From a virus (Duplodnaviria > Caudoviricetes), in the IMG/VR virus record IMGVR_UViG_3300021414_000003, positions 1 to 58,070 of that record: a stretch of DNA of 58,070 bases; one strand, 5' to 3'. The notes below the pieces were generated by a model that searched no databases, was not told where the DNA came from, and saw nothing but the letters and a program-made list of their open reading frames with translations. The position numbers and the translations under genes are program-made. Of the stretch, positions 36,670-45,953 are shown piece by piece. Positions within the stretch are counted from its first letter, which is position 1. Each line of letters begins with the position of its first letter.

Positions 36670-37396
36670 GGGCCACCTCCGGCGTGCGCTGCTTCAATTG
36701 CCATTTCGCCCACTCGCCGGTCACCCACAGCACACCCTTCGGCGTGAAGCGTGCGGCATTGTAGGCATGGCCACTGACTTGGGCGGTACCGGCCTTGACG
36801 CAGAACCGGCCGGCGTCGATGTGCGCGGCGTGCGGCGTCAGTTCGCGGCCCAGGCGATACAGGATCTTCTGATCGATGAGGAACTCGCGGAAGTGGTTCT
36901 CGTTTGCGCCCAGCAGCTTGGCCACTTGCCGGAAGCCCTTCGTGCCGGTCGAGTCAGCGTAGCGCCCGACGAACTCCACGGCCGGCGCCGCGGCGGCGAG
37001 CTGCTCGGCCTGGGCTGCGATCACATCCTGCTGGTCGGCGGCCAGGCGCAGCGCATCGGCGAAGGACTTCGGCAAGGCCATGGCCGGCGCCGGCACCGCA
37101 GACTCCAGTTCGATCCAGCGGTCGATGATCTTGGCGCGCAGAACCGCGTTGTAGCCAGAGATGACGATCAGGCAATCGCGCTTCGCCAGGTCGTAGACCA
37201 TCGTTGGACGCCCGCCGCCCTCCGGCGCATGGGGACGAGCGGTATTACGACCAAGTCGTAAAACCCCCTGATTGATCAAAAGCTCGATCGTCGCAATGAC
37301 GTCGTTGTGGCGCGCCTCGCAGATGTCGGCGATTTCGCGGCTCGACATCGTCGCTTCGGTCGAGCCAGTCGGATGCAAACTCAGAATGCTTCCCAT
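36662..37396 (-). CDS. Antirepressor-like protein (Rha + KilA-C/ANT)
   Basis: TMSSREIA...H..V, GY...LRAKIIDRW.ELE, LP.SFADALRLAAD, FTPKG..W. Confidence 0.9.
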   Translation of the reverse strand: MGSILSLHPTGSTEATMSSREIADICEARHNDVIATIELLINQGVLRLGRNTARPHAPEGGGRPTMVYDLAKRDCLIVISGYNAVLRAKIIDRWIELESAVPAPAMALPKSFADALRLAADQQDVIAAQAEQLAAAAPAVEFVGRYADSTGTKGFRQVAKLLGANENHFREFLIDQKILYRLGRELTPHAAHIDAGRFCVKAGTAQVSGHAYNAARFTPKGVLWVTGEWAKWQLKQRTPEVAHA

Positions 37397-37426
37397 GTCG
37401 TTTCCTTTTTGTCTATTGGCGCCGCG

Positions 37427-37915
37427 TCAAGCTGCCTCTCGCGCCAGCTCGCGCACAACGCTGGTCGAGTTGATGTGGTGGCGCACCCGGCGGTCGACTT
37501 CCCGACACGCGCGCTCGACGTCGATGGCGCGCACGTTCTCCAGTTGGGCGTCATGGCAGGCCAGGCCCTCGCGAATGGCGTTCAACTCATCGCCTTTCAA
37601 GATGACGCGGTCGATCTTGAGGATGCGCTTACCGACTTCCAGCAGTGCGTCGCGAGCGGCGATCGTCTGCGCGCGGAACTCGTTGCCGATTTTCTGCTCG
37701 CACATCACGTTCGCCATGTTGATTGCACCGACCAGCAAGTCCCAGCCTTCGCGCGTGCCGGCTCCCTGAGCCATGTCGGCGAGCGCCTTGTGGCTGCGGA
37801 TCTGGATCAGGCGCAGGTGCTCAATGTGGTCACCGCTCATGCCGCCGAAGATGGTCGTCAGGACGTTGCGGGCGACGTACTTCGGGACGTATGGTTTGTT
37901 TCGGCGCTTTTTCAT
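37427..37915 (-). CDS. Hypothetical protein
   Basis: 162-aa coupled ORF. Confidence 0.75.
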   Translation of the reverse strand: MKKRRNKPYVPKYVARNVLTTIFGGMSGDHIEHLRLIQIRSHKALADMAQGAGTREGWDLLVGAINMANVMCEQKIGNEFRAQTIAARDALLEVGKRILKIDRVILKGDELNAIREGLACHDAQLENVRAIDVERACREVDRRVRHHINSTSVVRELAREAA

Positions 37916-38139
37916 GCTGCCTCCAGCTCATTCTGGTTACCACTGTGCTGGGCTAGAAACGCGCGGCGCTCGCCTATCTGCCGGCCCGGTGCCACCTTGA
38001 ACAGCACCGTCGGCGGTGCGTCGGCGCGGACGTACCGCTCGTAGCCCAGACACCAGCCGTGACCCTCCGCCGCCTCCTGCTCGTGGCCGCTGATAATGAA
38101 GCGCGCACACATAGCACATGGATCGTGAGCGTGCGTCAT
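37912..38139 (-). CDS. Cys-rich hypothetical protein
   Basis: ATGA-coupled; C.MC..F...G.C.GY, similar pattern to 35130..35420. Confidence 0.6.
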   Translation of the reverse strand: MTHAHDPCAMCARFIISGHEQEAAEGHGWCLGYERYVRADAPPTVLFKVAPGRQIGERRAFLAQHSGNQNELEAA

Positions 38140-38531
38140 GCTGCAGCGGCCATCGACACGGCGACGGGGATCTTCAGGCGCCTGCACTCATCCTCGTACG
38201 GCAGCCAGGTCTCGGCAGGGGCGCCGTTCTTGATAACCGGATTCCCGTTCTTGTCGCGCTTCGGGCCACGCACCATCAGCACCGTGTCGCGCACGTGCCC
38301 GGGGTCAGCCGCGATCCAGTCGATGCAGAAATGCGGCGTATCGAGCTCAGGGCTGATCTTCACGCGGCGCCCCCCCTGGTTGAACATTTGAGCTGCCAGG
38401 GCGTCACGGCGGGTTGCCCACTCGCTTGGCGTCAGGTTGCGACTACCATCCTGAGTCGAGGTCTTCTTCGCCGCTGCTGCGCGGCACACCGTCAAGCTGA
38501 TTCCATAAACACAAAATGCACCCATGGTCAT
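38136..38531 (-). CDS. Hypothetical protein
   Basis: ATGA-coupled ORF. Confidence 0.7.
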   Translation of the reverse strand: MTMGAFCVYGISLTVCRAAAAKKTSTQDGSRNLTPSEWATRRDALAAQMFNQGGRRVKISPELDTPHFCIDWIAADPGHVRDTVLMVRGPKRDKNGNPVIKNGAPAETWLPYEDECRRLKIPVAVSMAAAA

Positions 38532-39061
38532 AACTCCGTAGTGGTTTGTGCGACTACCGCAGGGGTTGCACCCGCCGCGGCTTCGCTATTTGTGAGCAGG
38601 CCCTGGGCCCGCAGTTTTTCTTGGCTCTCGGCGCGCGCGGCGTCGAACGTGGCATCGACGGCAGCGCGCGGCATCCGGCCGGCATAGCCACCATCGAGCC
38701 AGGCGTGGCAGTCCGAGCAGCCGTAGCAGCCCTCCTCGTCCGGGGCCTTCAACCCCATGCCCTTGCCGTCTACCAGACGGTTCGAGTGGCACCAGGCCGT
38801 CGTCTCCGGGTTGCGGTTGCAGATGCCGGGGAAGCGGAGCGTGCACTCCTGGCCGCGCGCCGACTTGCGGATTGGCGTCATCTTCGGGCGCGTCGACTTC
38901 ATCGGCTTGCGTGCTTTCGGCGCCCGATCGCGGGCCTTCGCCTGCACCGCGGCGACCCGCAGCACGCCAGCGCCGGCCGCCAGGGTCTTCGTGCTCGAGC
39001 TGCTCATCGGCTTCTTGCGCTGGAGGGGCTTGCCCTGCTTGAGGGGTGAGCGACGCATCAT
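38528..39061 (-). CDS. DUF1364/YbcO-like nuclease-fold protein
   Basis: RKSARGQECTLR.PG.C..NPETT...H...G.G.K..D...CS.CH..LDG. Confidence 0.85.
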   Translation of the reverse strand: MMRRSPLKQGKPLQRKKPMSSSSTKTLAAGAGVLRVAAVQAKARDRAPKARKPMKSTRPKMTPIRKSARGQECTLRFPGICNRNPETTAWCHSNRLVDGKGMGLKAPDEEGCYGCSDCHAWLDGGYAGRMPRAAVDATFDAARAESQEKLRAQGLLTNSEAAAGATPAVVAQTTTEL

Positions 39062-39321
39062 GCTAAGATTTCGCTTTCGACAACGGAGGCACTATGGACT
39101 GGCGTAGCGAGGAATACCGTGATCATGAAATCGGCGCGCTTGCGCACGAGTCGGGCAGCAGTCCAGGTAAATGGCTGGGGAGCTACGAGATCAAGAAAGA
39201 CGGCGAGGTAGTCGCTCGCGCCGCCGTCGTGAATCTCTATGACAGCGCTGCTGAGGCGCGGCAGAACATCCTCCGGATTGCGAAGCAGGTTCTGGATGAT
39301 TTGCTTGATCGCTGAAATCAT
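39058..39321 (-). CDS. Bridging ORF antisense to 39094..39315
   Basis: ATGA overlaps with both neighbours; 87 aa. Confidence 0.45.
   Translation of the reverse strand: MISAIKQIIQNLLRNPEDVLPRLSSAVIEIHDGGASDYLAVFLDLVAPQPFTWTAARLVRKRADFMITVFLATPVHSASVVESEILA
39094..39315 (+). CDS. Small counter-oriented protein
   Basis: GGAGG SD; globular-looking 73 aa. Confidence 0.65.
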   Translation: MDWRSEEYRDHEIGALAHESGSSPGKWLGSYEIKKDGEVVARAAVVNLYDSAAEARQNILRIAKQVLDDLLDR

Positions 39322-40004
39322 GGCGTCACCCGCTTGAACTCGACCACCCACACCCATGGGTTAGCGCCCCAGCTGCCGGCACCGTTGAGCTGCTCCCAGA
39401 GGGTGGCGTAGCGCAGCACCGCGTCCTGGTGCGGGCCCATGCGGCGCGCCAGGTCGAGGATTTCGGCATTGCTGCCCAAGCCATCACACTGACCGATACC
39501 CTCGGCGCGGCAATCGCCCGCGCTGATGGTGTTCAGCCGCTCGACGCGCACCGACACCACCTCGAGCAGGATGCGGCTGGCCCAGCGCGGCATGTGAATG
39601 CTCGGCTTGCAGCTTGTCCGCAGGTTGTCGTCGGCGTCCATAAATTCCTGCACGCCGTCGGTGGCCGGGTAGCTGACGCGGTACCCGGCGCCGGTCTTCC
39701 AGTTGGTTGTGCTCTCGCGCTCGATGCCCTCGGCCCACAGCGGCTGGTAGGTCTCGCGCACCCACAGGCGGTCGCCGGGCTGACCGTACGGGCAGATGAC
39801 CGGATCCTTCCCGACCGCCTTGCCCATCATCCGGTTGTACGTCTCAATGGCCAGGGTAACCGCCTTGTGCACGATCTTCCAGCCACCGCTCCATCCAGCG
39901 TCCTGTTCGATCGGCAGTTTCACCACGCGCCGCGTCTGCGTCTTGGTGCCGCCGAGCAGCGCACGCACCATCGGCGCGCTAAAGAGGATTGGGCGCTCCT
40001 TCAT
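39318..40004 (-). CDS. ASCH/PUA-like phage protein
   Basis: MKERPILFS..MVRA...KTQTRR, GDRLWVRET, PSIHMPRWASRI, NPWVWVVEF. Confidence 0.8.
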   Translation of the reverse strand: MKERPILFSAPMVRALLGGTKTQTRRVVKLPIEQDAGWSGGWKIVHKAVTLAIETYNRMMGKAVGKDPVICPYGQPGDRLWVRETYQPLWAEGIERESTTNWKTGAGYRVSYPATDGVQEFMDADDNLRTSCKPSIHMPRWASRILLEVVSVRVERLNTISAGDCRAEGIGQCDGLGSNAEILDLARRMGPHQDAVLRYATLWEQLNGAGSWGANPWVWVVEFKRVTP

Positions 40005-40435
40005 GCCTCACCTCCGCCGATGTTCTTGAAGCCGAAGCCGGCCGGACGCCGGGACCAGGTCGGGACATCTTCACGGGTGCCGCGCGAGTTCAGCATGTAA
40101 GCCTTGCGCAGTGGCGGGCGGTTGAGCGCGCCGAGTCCGTCACGCGCCACGGCGATCTGCCCCACGTACGCGACTTTCACGACACCCGCCTCCTTGTCGT
40201 AGTGCGCCTTGGCGAACTCGCTGCAGTCCACCTTGCCGCCGCCGACGATGCGGAACCACCCGGCGCGCACGCCGCGCTGGATCATCTCGTTGCGAATGTG
40301 GGTGCGCATCGTGTTGCCCATGGCATCGAACAGGGCGTCCTCGGTTTGAGGCCCGTTCTTGTAGAGGTACTGGCCGCCGGTGTACTGGAAGGTGTCCCGG
40401 GCGGCGGTACGGATTGTTCCGCTATCGATGCTCAT
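40001..40435 (-). CDS. Hypothetical protein
   Basis: Coupled ORF. Confidence 0.7.
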   Translation of the reverse strand: MSIDSGTIRTAARDTFQYTGGQYLYKNGPQTEDALFDAMGNTMRTHIRNEMIQRGVRAGWFRIVGGGKVDCSEFAKAHYDKEAGVVKVAYVGQIAVARDGLGALNRPPLRKAYMLNSRGTREDVPTWSRRPAGFGFKNIGGGEA

Positions 40436-40692
40436 CAGTGAGCCCTCCGAATAGTTACTTGTGCGACCCAGCAGCCAGCGATGTGCGGCTCTCCTTCAGC
40501 CTCACCGCAGCAGATGCAGCGGGCCGGGCCCTGGGCGATGCTGGGCGCGGCGGCGCGCACTGGCGCAGGCGCCGGGCGGCAGTTGCATGGGCGGCGACCG
40601 CCGGAGCAGTCGCCGCCGCAGTCGCCGCCGCAGCCCGGCGCCGTGCGCACCAGGTCGATCAGCGCGGCGAGTGGAGCGATGAAGCGATTCAT
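40435..40692 (-). CDS. Cys-rich hypothetical protein
   Basis: CGGDCGGDC...C.C...C.CC...H..C; coupled at both ends. Confidence 0.6.
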   Translation of the reverse strand: MNRFIAPLAALIDLVRTAPGCGGDCGGDCSGGRRPCNCRPAPAPVRAAAPSIAQGPARCICCGEAEGEPHIAGCWVAQVTIRRAH

Positions 40693-41603
40693 GCTGCCTC
40701 CAGCATCGCGGTGATGACGTCGCGCGCGGCCGGCGGCGCGACGGCGTTGCCCAGCATGTGCACGGCATCGCTGTGGCGCGCGGGCAGGATGTAGTCAGCG
40801 GGGAAGCCCATCGCAGCCCGGCACTCCTGCGCCGAGAACATGCGCATCCGGTCGCCGTCGACGATCGCGTGGCGGTCGCGCGTGGTGATGGTGCCGACCG
40901 GGCGCGCGAGCGAACGTCCGCCCTTCTCGGCGCCGTAGTAGCTGCTGATGAAGCGGTCACCGTGCACAACGCGCCCGGCGGCGATACGCGCGAGCGTGTT
41001 GGCTGCGCGACCTGGCTTCTCGATCGGCTGCCAGTTGCCCGTGCCGAAGTCGATGAAGGTGCTCGCCGGGACGTGCGAGCGCTTCTCAAGGTCGATCATC
41101 AACGGGTGTTTCGCTCGAGTCGCGACAATGAACAGGCGCTCGCGGTGCTGCGGCGTGCCGTGATCGGCCGCGTCGACGATCATCGGCGTCAGCGCGTACC
41201 CCAAGGCGCCCATTGCGGCGCACCAAGCTGGATACAGCGACCAGCACGTGAACTCAGGAACATTTTCGACAACTGCGAACGCGGGGCGGTGGTATTCGGC
41301 AGCAGAGACGACAGCCCAGGCCGTAGAGCGGCGCGCGTCGTGCTGCGGATTTCCGTTTGCCTTCCCGCGCGCCCTGCTGTGACCTTGGCAGCACGGCGAC
41401 GCCAGCAGGATGTCGTGTGCGGGCACGTCCTGCCAGTTCGCCTGGTGCAGATCCTGGCATGCGTGTTCGGCGCCCGGGTGATTCTGCGAGTGGATGTCGA
41501 CGGCCGCCGGCCAGTGGTTCGCGGCCCACACGACTTCAACGCCCGCCATCTTCGCGCCGGTGCTGAATCCGCCGGCGCCGGCAAACAGATCGATCGCCTT
41601 CAT
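40689..41603 (-). CDS. Orphan DNA (cytosine-5) methyltransferase
   Basis: DLFAGAGG, SPCCQGHS, ENV, Q.RER, LGNAV. Confidence 0.93.
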   Translation of the reverse strand: MKAIDLFAGAGGFSTGAKMAGVEVVWAANHWPAAVDIHSQNHPGAEHACQDLHQANWQDVPAHDILLASPCCQGHSRARGKANGNPQHDARRSTAWAVVSAAEYHRPAFAVVENVPEFTCWSLYPAWCAAMGALGYALTPMIVDAADHGTPQHRERLFIVATRAKHPLMIDLEKRSHVPASTFIDFGTGNWQPIEKPGRAANTLARIAAGRVVHGDRFISSYYGAEKGGRSLARPVGTITTRDRHAIVDGDRMRMFSAQECRAAMGFPADYILPARHSDAVHMLGNAVAPPAARDVITAMLEAA

Positions 41604-42064
41604 GCCCGCACCTCGTGACGGCTAGCGCCGAAGAATGCAGCCACCATTGGATCGCGCATAGGCGGCGTGCGGCTGACGCGCACCGAGAAGTGGGCGTCAT
41701 CGCGCATGATGTGGAAGTGACGGGACGGGTCGCGGGCGGCAGCCAGCAAGCTCGATTTCGGCTCGACGACGGCGCGCGCGCAGGTGTTCGAAGTCAGGCC
41801 GTCCAGGTAGGCCTGGGCTTCAGCCTCGGTGATGGTCAGGCGGTAGACGGTGACGCTCTCCAGTGCCGCGGTGACGTCGACCTGGCGCGCAACCATGGCG
41901 CCCAGCTCGGCGACGTACTTGCGAACGCCAGACGGGCCGACCTGCAGCATCTCACCGATCGCATCGCGCTCCATTTGGCTGGCCAGCAGCGCGTTGATCA
42001 GGATGCGCAGCTTTTCCACCCGGGCAGCCGTTTTGCGGTGGGTAACGTGCCGAGCGCGGGTCAT
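41600..42064 (-). CDS. Putative wHTH protein
   Basis: IGEMLQVGPSGVRKYVAEL helix-turn-helix-like segment. Confidence 0.6.
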   Translation of the reverse strand: MTRARHVTHRKTAARVEKLRILINALLASQMERDAIGEMLQVGPSGVRKYVAELGAMVARQVDVTAALESVTVYRLTITEAEAQAYLDGLTSNTCARAVVEPKSSLLAAARDPSRHFHIMRDDAHFSVRVSRTPPMRDPMVAAFFGASRHEVRA

Positions 42065-42537
42065 TGCTGACCGCCGATCTCGGCCGGCACCGATGCCGCG
42101 GTGAAGTCGGCTTCGGTCAGGGTGTGACGGTGGACGGTTTCCGCCCGGTAGACGACGTCGCCGGGGCGCAGCCGGTCGTTCTGGCTGATCAGGCTGTCGA
42201 GCGTGGACGCCGTGAACGGCTCAACGATGACGGACCAGATATCGACCTTCACCTGGCCGGCGGTGGCCAAGTGCGAAGCACCCGCGGCACTCAGTCCGAG
42301 GGCTTTGGCGCGCGCCACCTGGTTGAACAGGTTGACTACTGCTCCGTGGTGATCGGCATCGATGCAAGCCTGGGCACTGTCGCGCTCTTCCTGCAGGTAG
42401 ACGAAGGCCAACGTGTTGGCGGCGCCGAACAGGCCGACGAGGACATTCTTCCAGTGTGCATCGCGGGCTGCGAACACATCGGGCGAAGACTGATCTTCAC
42501 CGCCGTGCGACGCCGGCGTGATTTTCTCTGATAACAT
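42061..42537 (-). CDS. Hypothetical protein
   Basis: AGGAG SD; 158 aa. Confidence 0.65.
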   Translation of the reverse strand: MLSEKITPASHGGEDQSSPDVFAARDAHWKNVLVGLFGAANTLAFVYLQEERDSAQACIDADHHGAVVNLFNQVARAKALGLSAAGASHLATAGQVKVDIWSVIVEPFTASTLDSLISQNDRLRPGDVVYRAETVHRHTLTEADFTAASVPAEIGGQQ

Positions 42538-42783
42538 GCGTTCTCCTAAGTTGTTCTTGTTTCATGAAGCCCGGCTGCAACCGGGCTTTTCTATTTCTGC
42601 TTCTGCTTCTGCGCATCTACCAGGCGTTGGTACTGCTTAGGGCTCATTACGTGGCCGGGCTCGATCGGCAGCGGCACCGGTGGCGGGTGGTCGTTCTTCG
42701 GTTGATCCATCTCTTCTCCTTCGTTGAGGCGCCGCAGTCGTGCTGACGGGCGCGCGGTTATCGTGGTATCGGTGGGGAGCGGA

Positions 42784-42990
42784 TTACGCTGCCGCCAGTT
42801 CGCGAATTTCTTCAACCGGCAGCTTCATGCGCTCGTGGATGCGCAAGATCGTCGTGTCGTTCAGCGGGTTCTTCTGGTTGCGCATCTTCGAAACGATCGC
42901 CTGCTGAAGGCCGAGCGCCGCACACATCGCCTTGTCGTTCTTCAGGCCGAAGCGCTTCTGCACCGTGTCAAACAAATTCGCTACGCTCAT
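42784..42990 (-). CDS. Small XRE-type HTH protein
   Basis: LKND..MC.ALG.....VSKMR...LRIHE. Confidence 0.75.
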   Translation of the reverse strand: MSVANLFDTVQKRFGLKNDKAMCAALGLQQAIVSKMRNQKNPLNDTTILRIHERMKLPVEEIRELAAA

Positions 42991-43048
42991 CTCTTCGTTC
43001 CTCGCTCTGGTTTATTGGTGACGGCGCGCCCCGCCGCCTGGGTGCTGC

Positions 43049-43654
43049 CTACTTCGAAGATGAGGCGGCAGCGCGATCCATCGCTTGGCGGGCGGTGATC
43101 TCGACCATCAGGGCGCACGCGGCGCGCTCGTTGGCCTGGGCGGCTTCCACCAATTCGTTGTGCGCGGCCAGCAGCTCCGCATGTGTTGCGGTCGACGGCA
43201 GGCTGACCAGGGCCAGCTGCGCTTCTCCGCTTTCTTTCATGACCGAGCGCAGGTGGGTCGATACGTCCAGGCGCTCGCCGACGTGGCAGCCGACTGAGCG
43301 CGCCTCGATGCCCAGCTGGCACAGCCACTGATTCAGAAAGCTCAGGCGGCCTTCCATTGGCATGGCTGCCAGGATCGAAGGCAGCATGTTCGCCGGCAGC
43401 TTCGCCTCCTGCTCGTCGTCGCCACCCAGCCAGCGGTACAGCTTCTGCGCGGCCGATTTGGCCCGGGTGTAGCAGTCCTTGTTCGCGGAATCGAATCCGA
43501 TGCCGGTCACCGCCTCGGCGCCCAGGGCCTCATGCGCCTCGGTGACGCACACGGCGACCGCTTCACGGCTCATCGAGTTGCTGCTCCGGCGCCACCCTTC
43601 GATAGTCGATCGCAGGATTTCTACCAGGGACTGATTTTGAAGATGCTGCTTCAT
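43049..43654 (-). CDS. CII-position regulatory protein
   Basis: Directly after cro; Q.LYRWL, ILAAMP, KE.GEA motifs. Confidence 0.6.
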   Translation of the reverse strand: MKQHLQNQSLVEILRSTIEGWRRSSNSMSREAVAVCVTEAHEALGAEAVTGIGFDSANKDCYTRAKSAAQKLYRWLGGDDEQEAKLPANMLPSILAAMPMEGRLSFLNQWLCQLGIEARSVGCHVGERLDVSTHLRSVMKESGEAQLALVSLPSTATHAELLAAHNELVEAAQANERAACALMVEITARQAMDRAAASSSK

Positions 43655-43769
43655 GACTTTTTCCTAATCGAAAGCTAATCTGTGAACACTGGATAACAAC
43701 AAAGACAACGACCATGAAACCGACTGCCACCACCCGCAACGACCGCCAGGCTCAAGACGCGGAGGCCGG

Positions 43770-44090
43770 TTATGGCTTAGGTTCGCCCCCTACTGGGGAT
43801 GGGTCAGCGAGCGTCATAAGTTTGTCGCGCGAAGGCGGCGATCGCCCAGCGCGCCCGGCATCCGGCTCTGGATCAGTCGAACGACGACCAGGAGGCGGCT
43901 CAGCCAATCCGAGCTTTACGAAGACGGCAGGCCGGGCCAGTCGCAAAAAATTCAACTGTGCTTTCGGTATGCCTAATTTCCGCCAGCCCGAAACCGAGGG
44001 CGGCTGGATCTCGCAAAGGCGCGCTACTTCTGACGTCCCGCCCAGGGCGTCGATAATTTCATCGGGCGTAACATTGGGGCTCATGGGCAT
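43770..44090 (-). CDS. cro: Cro-like repressor
   Basis: IIDALGGTSEVARLCEIQPPSVSGWR..GIP; divergent from cI. Confidence 0.88.
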   Translation of the reverse strand: MPMSPNVTPDEIIDALGGTSEVARLCEIQPPSVSGWRKLGIPKAQLNFLRLARPAVFVKLGLAEPPPGRRSTDPEPDAGRAGRSPPSRDKLMTLADPSPVGGEPKP

Positions 44091-44093
44091 ATT

Positions 44094-44165
44094 TTAGGGA
44101 TACCTAAATTTTTAGGCAAGCTTTTTTTAGGCTTACCTCAACGAAAAAAGTTTAGGATTACCTAA
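44094..44165. promoter_or_regulatory. OR operator cluster
   Basis: TTAGG-N4-CCTAA palindromes at 44094-44107, 44127-44140 (1 mismatch) and 44152-44165. Confidence 0.88.
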
Positions 44166-44884
44166 TGGAACAATGGAAACTAAGACTGAAGGCAGCGCGT
44201 GAGGCGAAAGGTCTCAACAAGACCGAATTTGCAAGGGCTGTTCGTGCCTCTAACCCGACGGTCACCGACTGGGAGAAGGCCGTCATTGAAGGCGGCATTA
44301 AGGAAATCTCTGGGGTCAGACTGACGAAGGTGTGCGAGGTACTGGGGGTTGATGCATCCTGGCTCCTGCATGGCAGGGGGAGTGGCGCCGCCGCAGTTAC
44401 GCCGGCATCCACAGATCAGATTGACAAGTTAAAGCCCGTTCAAGGTCTGGATGAAGGCGACCCGACGTTCGTGCACATACCGAAAGTCCGCCTGCTCGTG
44501 TCTGCTGGGGTCAGTGGCTTCGGTGTTGAACCCGAGCCATATGATGGCGCAACTGCACCGGTGCCGACCGAGTGGCTCCAGCGGCGCCAGCTACGACCGG
44601 AGCGACTCCTTGCGACTCGGGTGCGCGGGCGCAGCATGGAGCCGACCTTCTTCGAAGATGACGCCGTGATCATCAACCTCGACGCAATAACGCCCATTGA
44701 CGGGGCGGTCTTCGTCATAAATTACGAGGGTGAAGACATAATCAAGCGACTCATGAGGGACGCCGGCGACTGGTGGCTTGAGTCTGACAACCCCGATAAA
44801 CAACGTTACCCCAGAAAGCTTTGCAGAGGCGCGGAGTGCCTCATCCTTGGCCGAGTGGTGCGCAGCGAACGAGAGCACTACTAG
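44165..44884 (+). CDS. cI: CI repressor (HTH + S24 autopeptidase)
   Basis: N-terminal XRE HTH, SAG cleavage site, GRSMEP Ser, IKRL Lys. Confidence 0.95.
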   Translation: MEQWKLRLKAAREAKGLNKTEFARAVRASNPTVTDWEKAVIEGGIKEISGVRLTKVCEVLGVDASWLLHGRGSGAAAVTPASTDQIDKLKPVQGLDEGDPTFVHIPKVRLLVSAGVSGFGVEPEPYDGATAPVPTEWLQRRQLRPERLLATRVRGRSMEPTFFEDDAVIINLDAITPIDGAVFVINYEGEDIIKRLMRDAGDWWLESDNPDKQRYPRKLCRGAECLILGRVVRSEREHY

Positions 44885-45175
44885 GTGCAGTGCGTAGTAA
44901 TCGATTTGTGCTGCGTTCGAATCGCAGTGATACGGGTTGCGCCTGCGCTCCTGGTTGAACCTCAGTCGACTAGGACGATACGTGAGCTGCAGCCGCGCTT
45001 TGGGGTAGTGCCTCTGCTGCTTGCATCTTTTGAGGATCCGGACATGAGCGATGTTCGCGGCTATTCAGAGTTCCCGGCCGCCGATTATCTGGCGGATCTG
45101 CTGGACTGGCATAGCATGGAACCCATCGAATGGGGGCCACTGCCGGTGCCGGCCGAAGAAGAGTTACCGTTTTAG
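44885..45175 (+). CDS. Hypothetical protein
   Basis: GTG immediately after cI stop. Confidence 0.5.
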   Translation: MQCVVIDLCCVRIAVIRVAPALLVEPQSTRTIRELQPRFGVVPLLLASFEDPDMSDVRGYSEFPAADYLADLLDWHSMEPIEWGPLPVPAEEELPF

Positions 45176-45219
45176 GCGCTACGGCACGCCACGGTGCCGA
45201 TTACATACCAAAGCGAAAA

Positions 45220-45666
45220 ATGGGTCTCGCAAAAAAGCTGGCTGTTGTTGTGATTGCTATTCCTGTCCTTCTCGTGGGCGGCTCCTACATCCGCAATAAG
45301 GCAGTTGGCCCAGAGGGATGGGCCATGGACAACACGGCGACTCGGCTGAAAGTGCACTTTAAGGATCCTGACTCGGTAGTGATCAGGTCATCCCGAACGA
45401 TCGCGAAGGTGGACCCGGAAAGCAAAGGTACCGTCATCCATATTTGCGGCTTGGTCGATGGGAAGAACTCTTTTGGGGCTTACCCCGGCGCCGTTCGGTT
45501 CGTATCGCGCAGCGTCTACAGTAAAGTCACAGATACGTTCGATACCTACTCGGTGACGGTCGAAAATCCGCTGGAAACCGCAACCGCGCATCGGATCGAC
45601 AGGCGGAGCGGTTTCGAGAAGGTTTACTGGGACCCGAACTGCGAAACCGACAGCAAGGCCACCTGA
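45220..45666 (+). CDS. Membrane-anchored periplasmic protein
   Basis: N-terminal TM; KDPDS...ICG.V.GKNSFGAY.G..RF motif. Confidence 0.75.
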   Translation: MGLAKKLAVVVIAIPVLLVGGSYIRNKAVGPEGWAMDNTATRLKVHFKDPDSVVIRSSRTIAKVDPESKGTVIHICGLVDGKNSFGAYPGAVRFVSRSVYSKVTDTFDTYSVTVENPLETATAHRIDRRSGFEKVYWDPNCETDSKAT

Positions 45667-45953
45667 GCCGCAGCGACGCACCAGGCTGCAGTCACTGCAA
45701 CAATTGGCGAGATTTCAAGCATTGTTAGCAGGATATACTCATCGGGCGATACAGCACACAGAGGTGCTGATTCGACGGTAAATACTACCGGTTTAGCAGT
45801 ACTTATTTCTGTCTTTAACCGCTTGATCTGCGTGGGCATCAGCAACACGGCACGATCTTCAAATAGTCTTGAAGTATCTTGATTTGAAGCAACCAGTTAA
45901 TTCGCTCAACCGATGATTCTGAATAGCAGAATATGTGAAATTTTGGAGTTTTA

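Noticed and set aside
30012-41603. Restriction-modification system from the MTase plus HNH or other nucleases
   Set aside because: The genes are not adjacent; the HNH sits in the standard packaging position and the other nucleases are nin-region types
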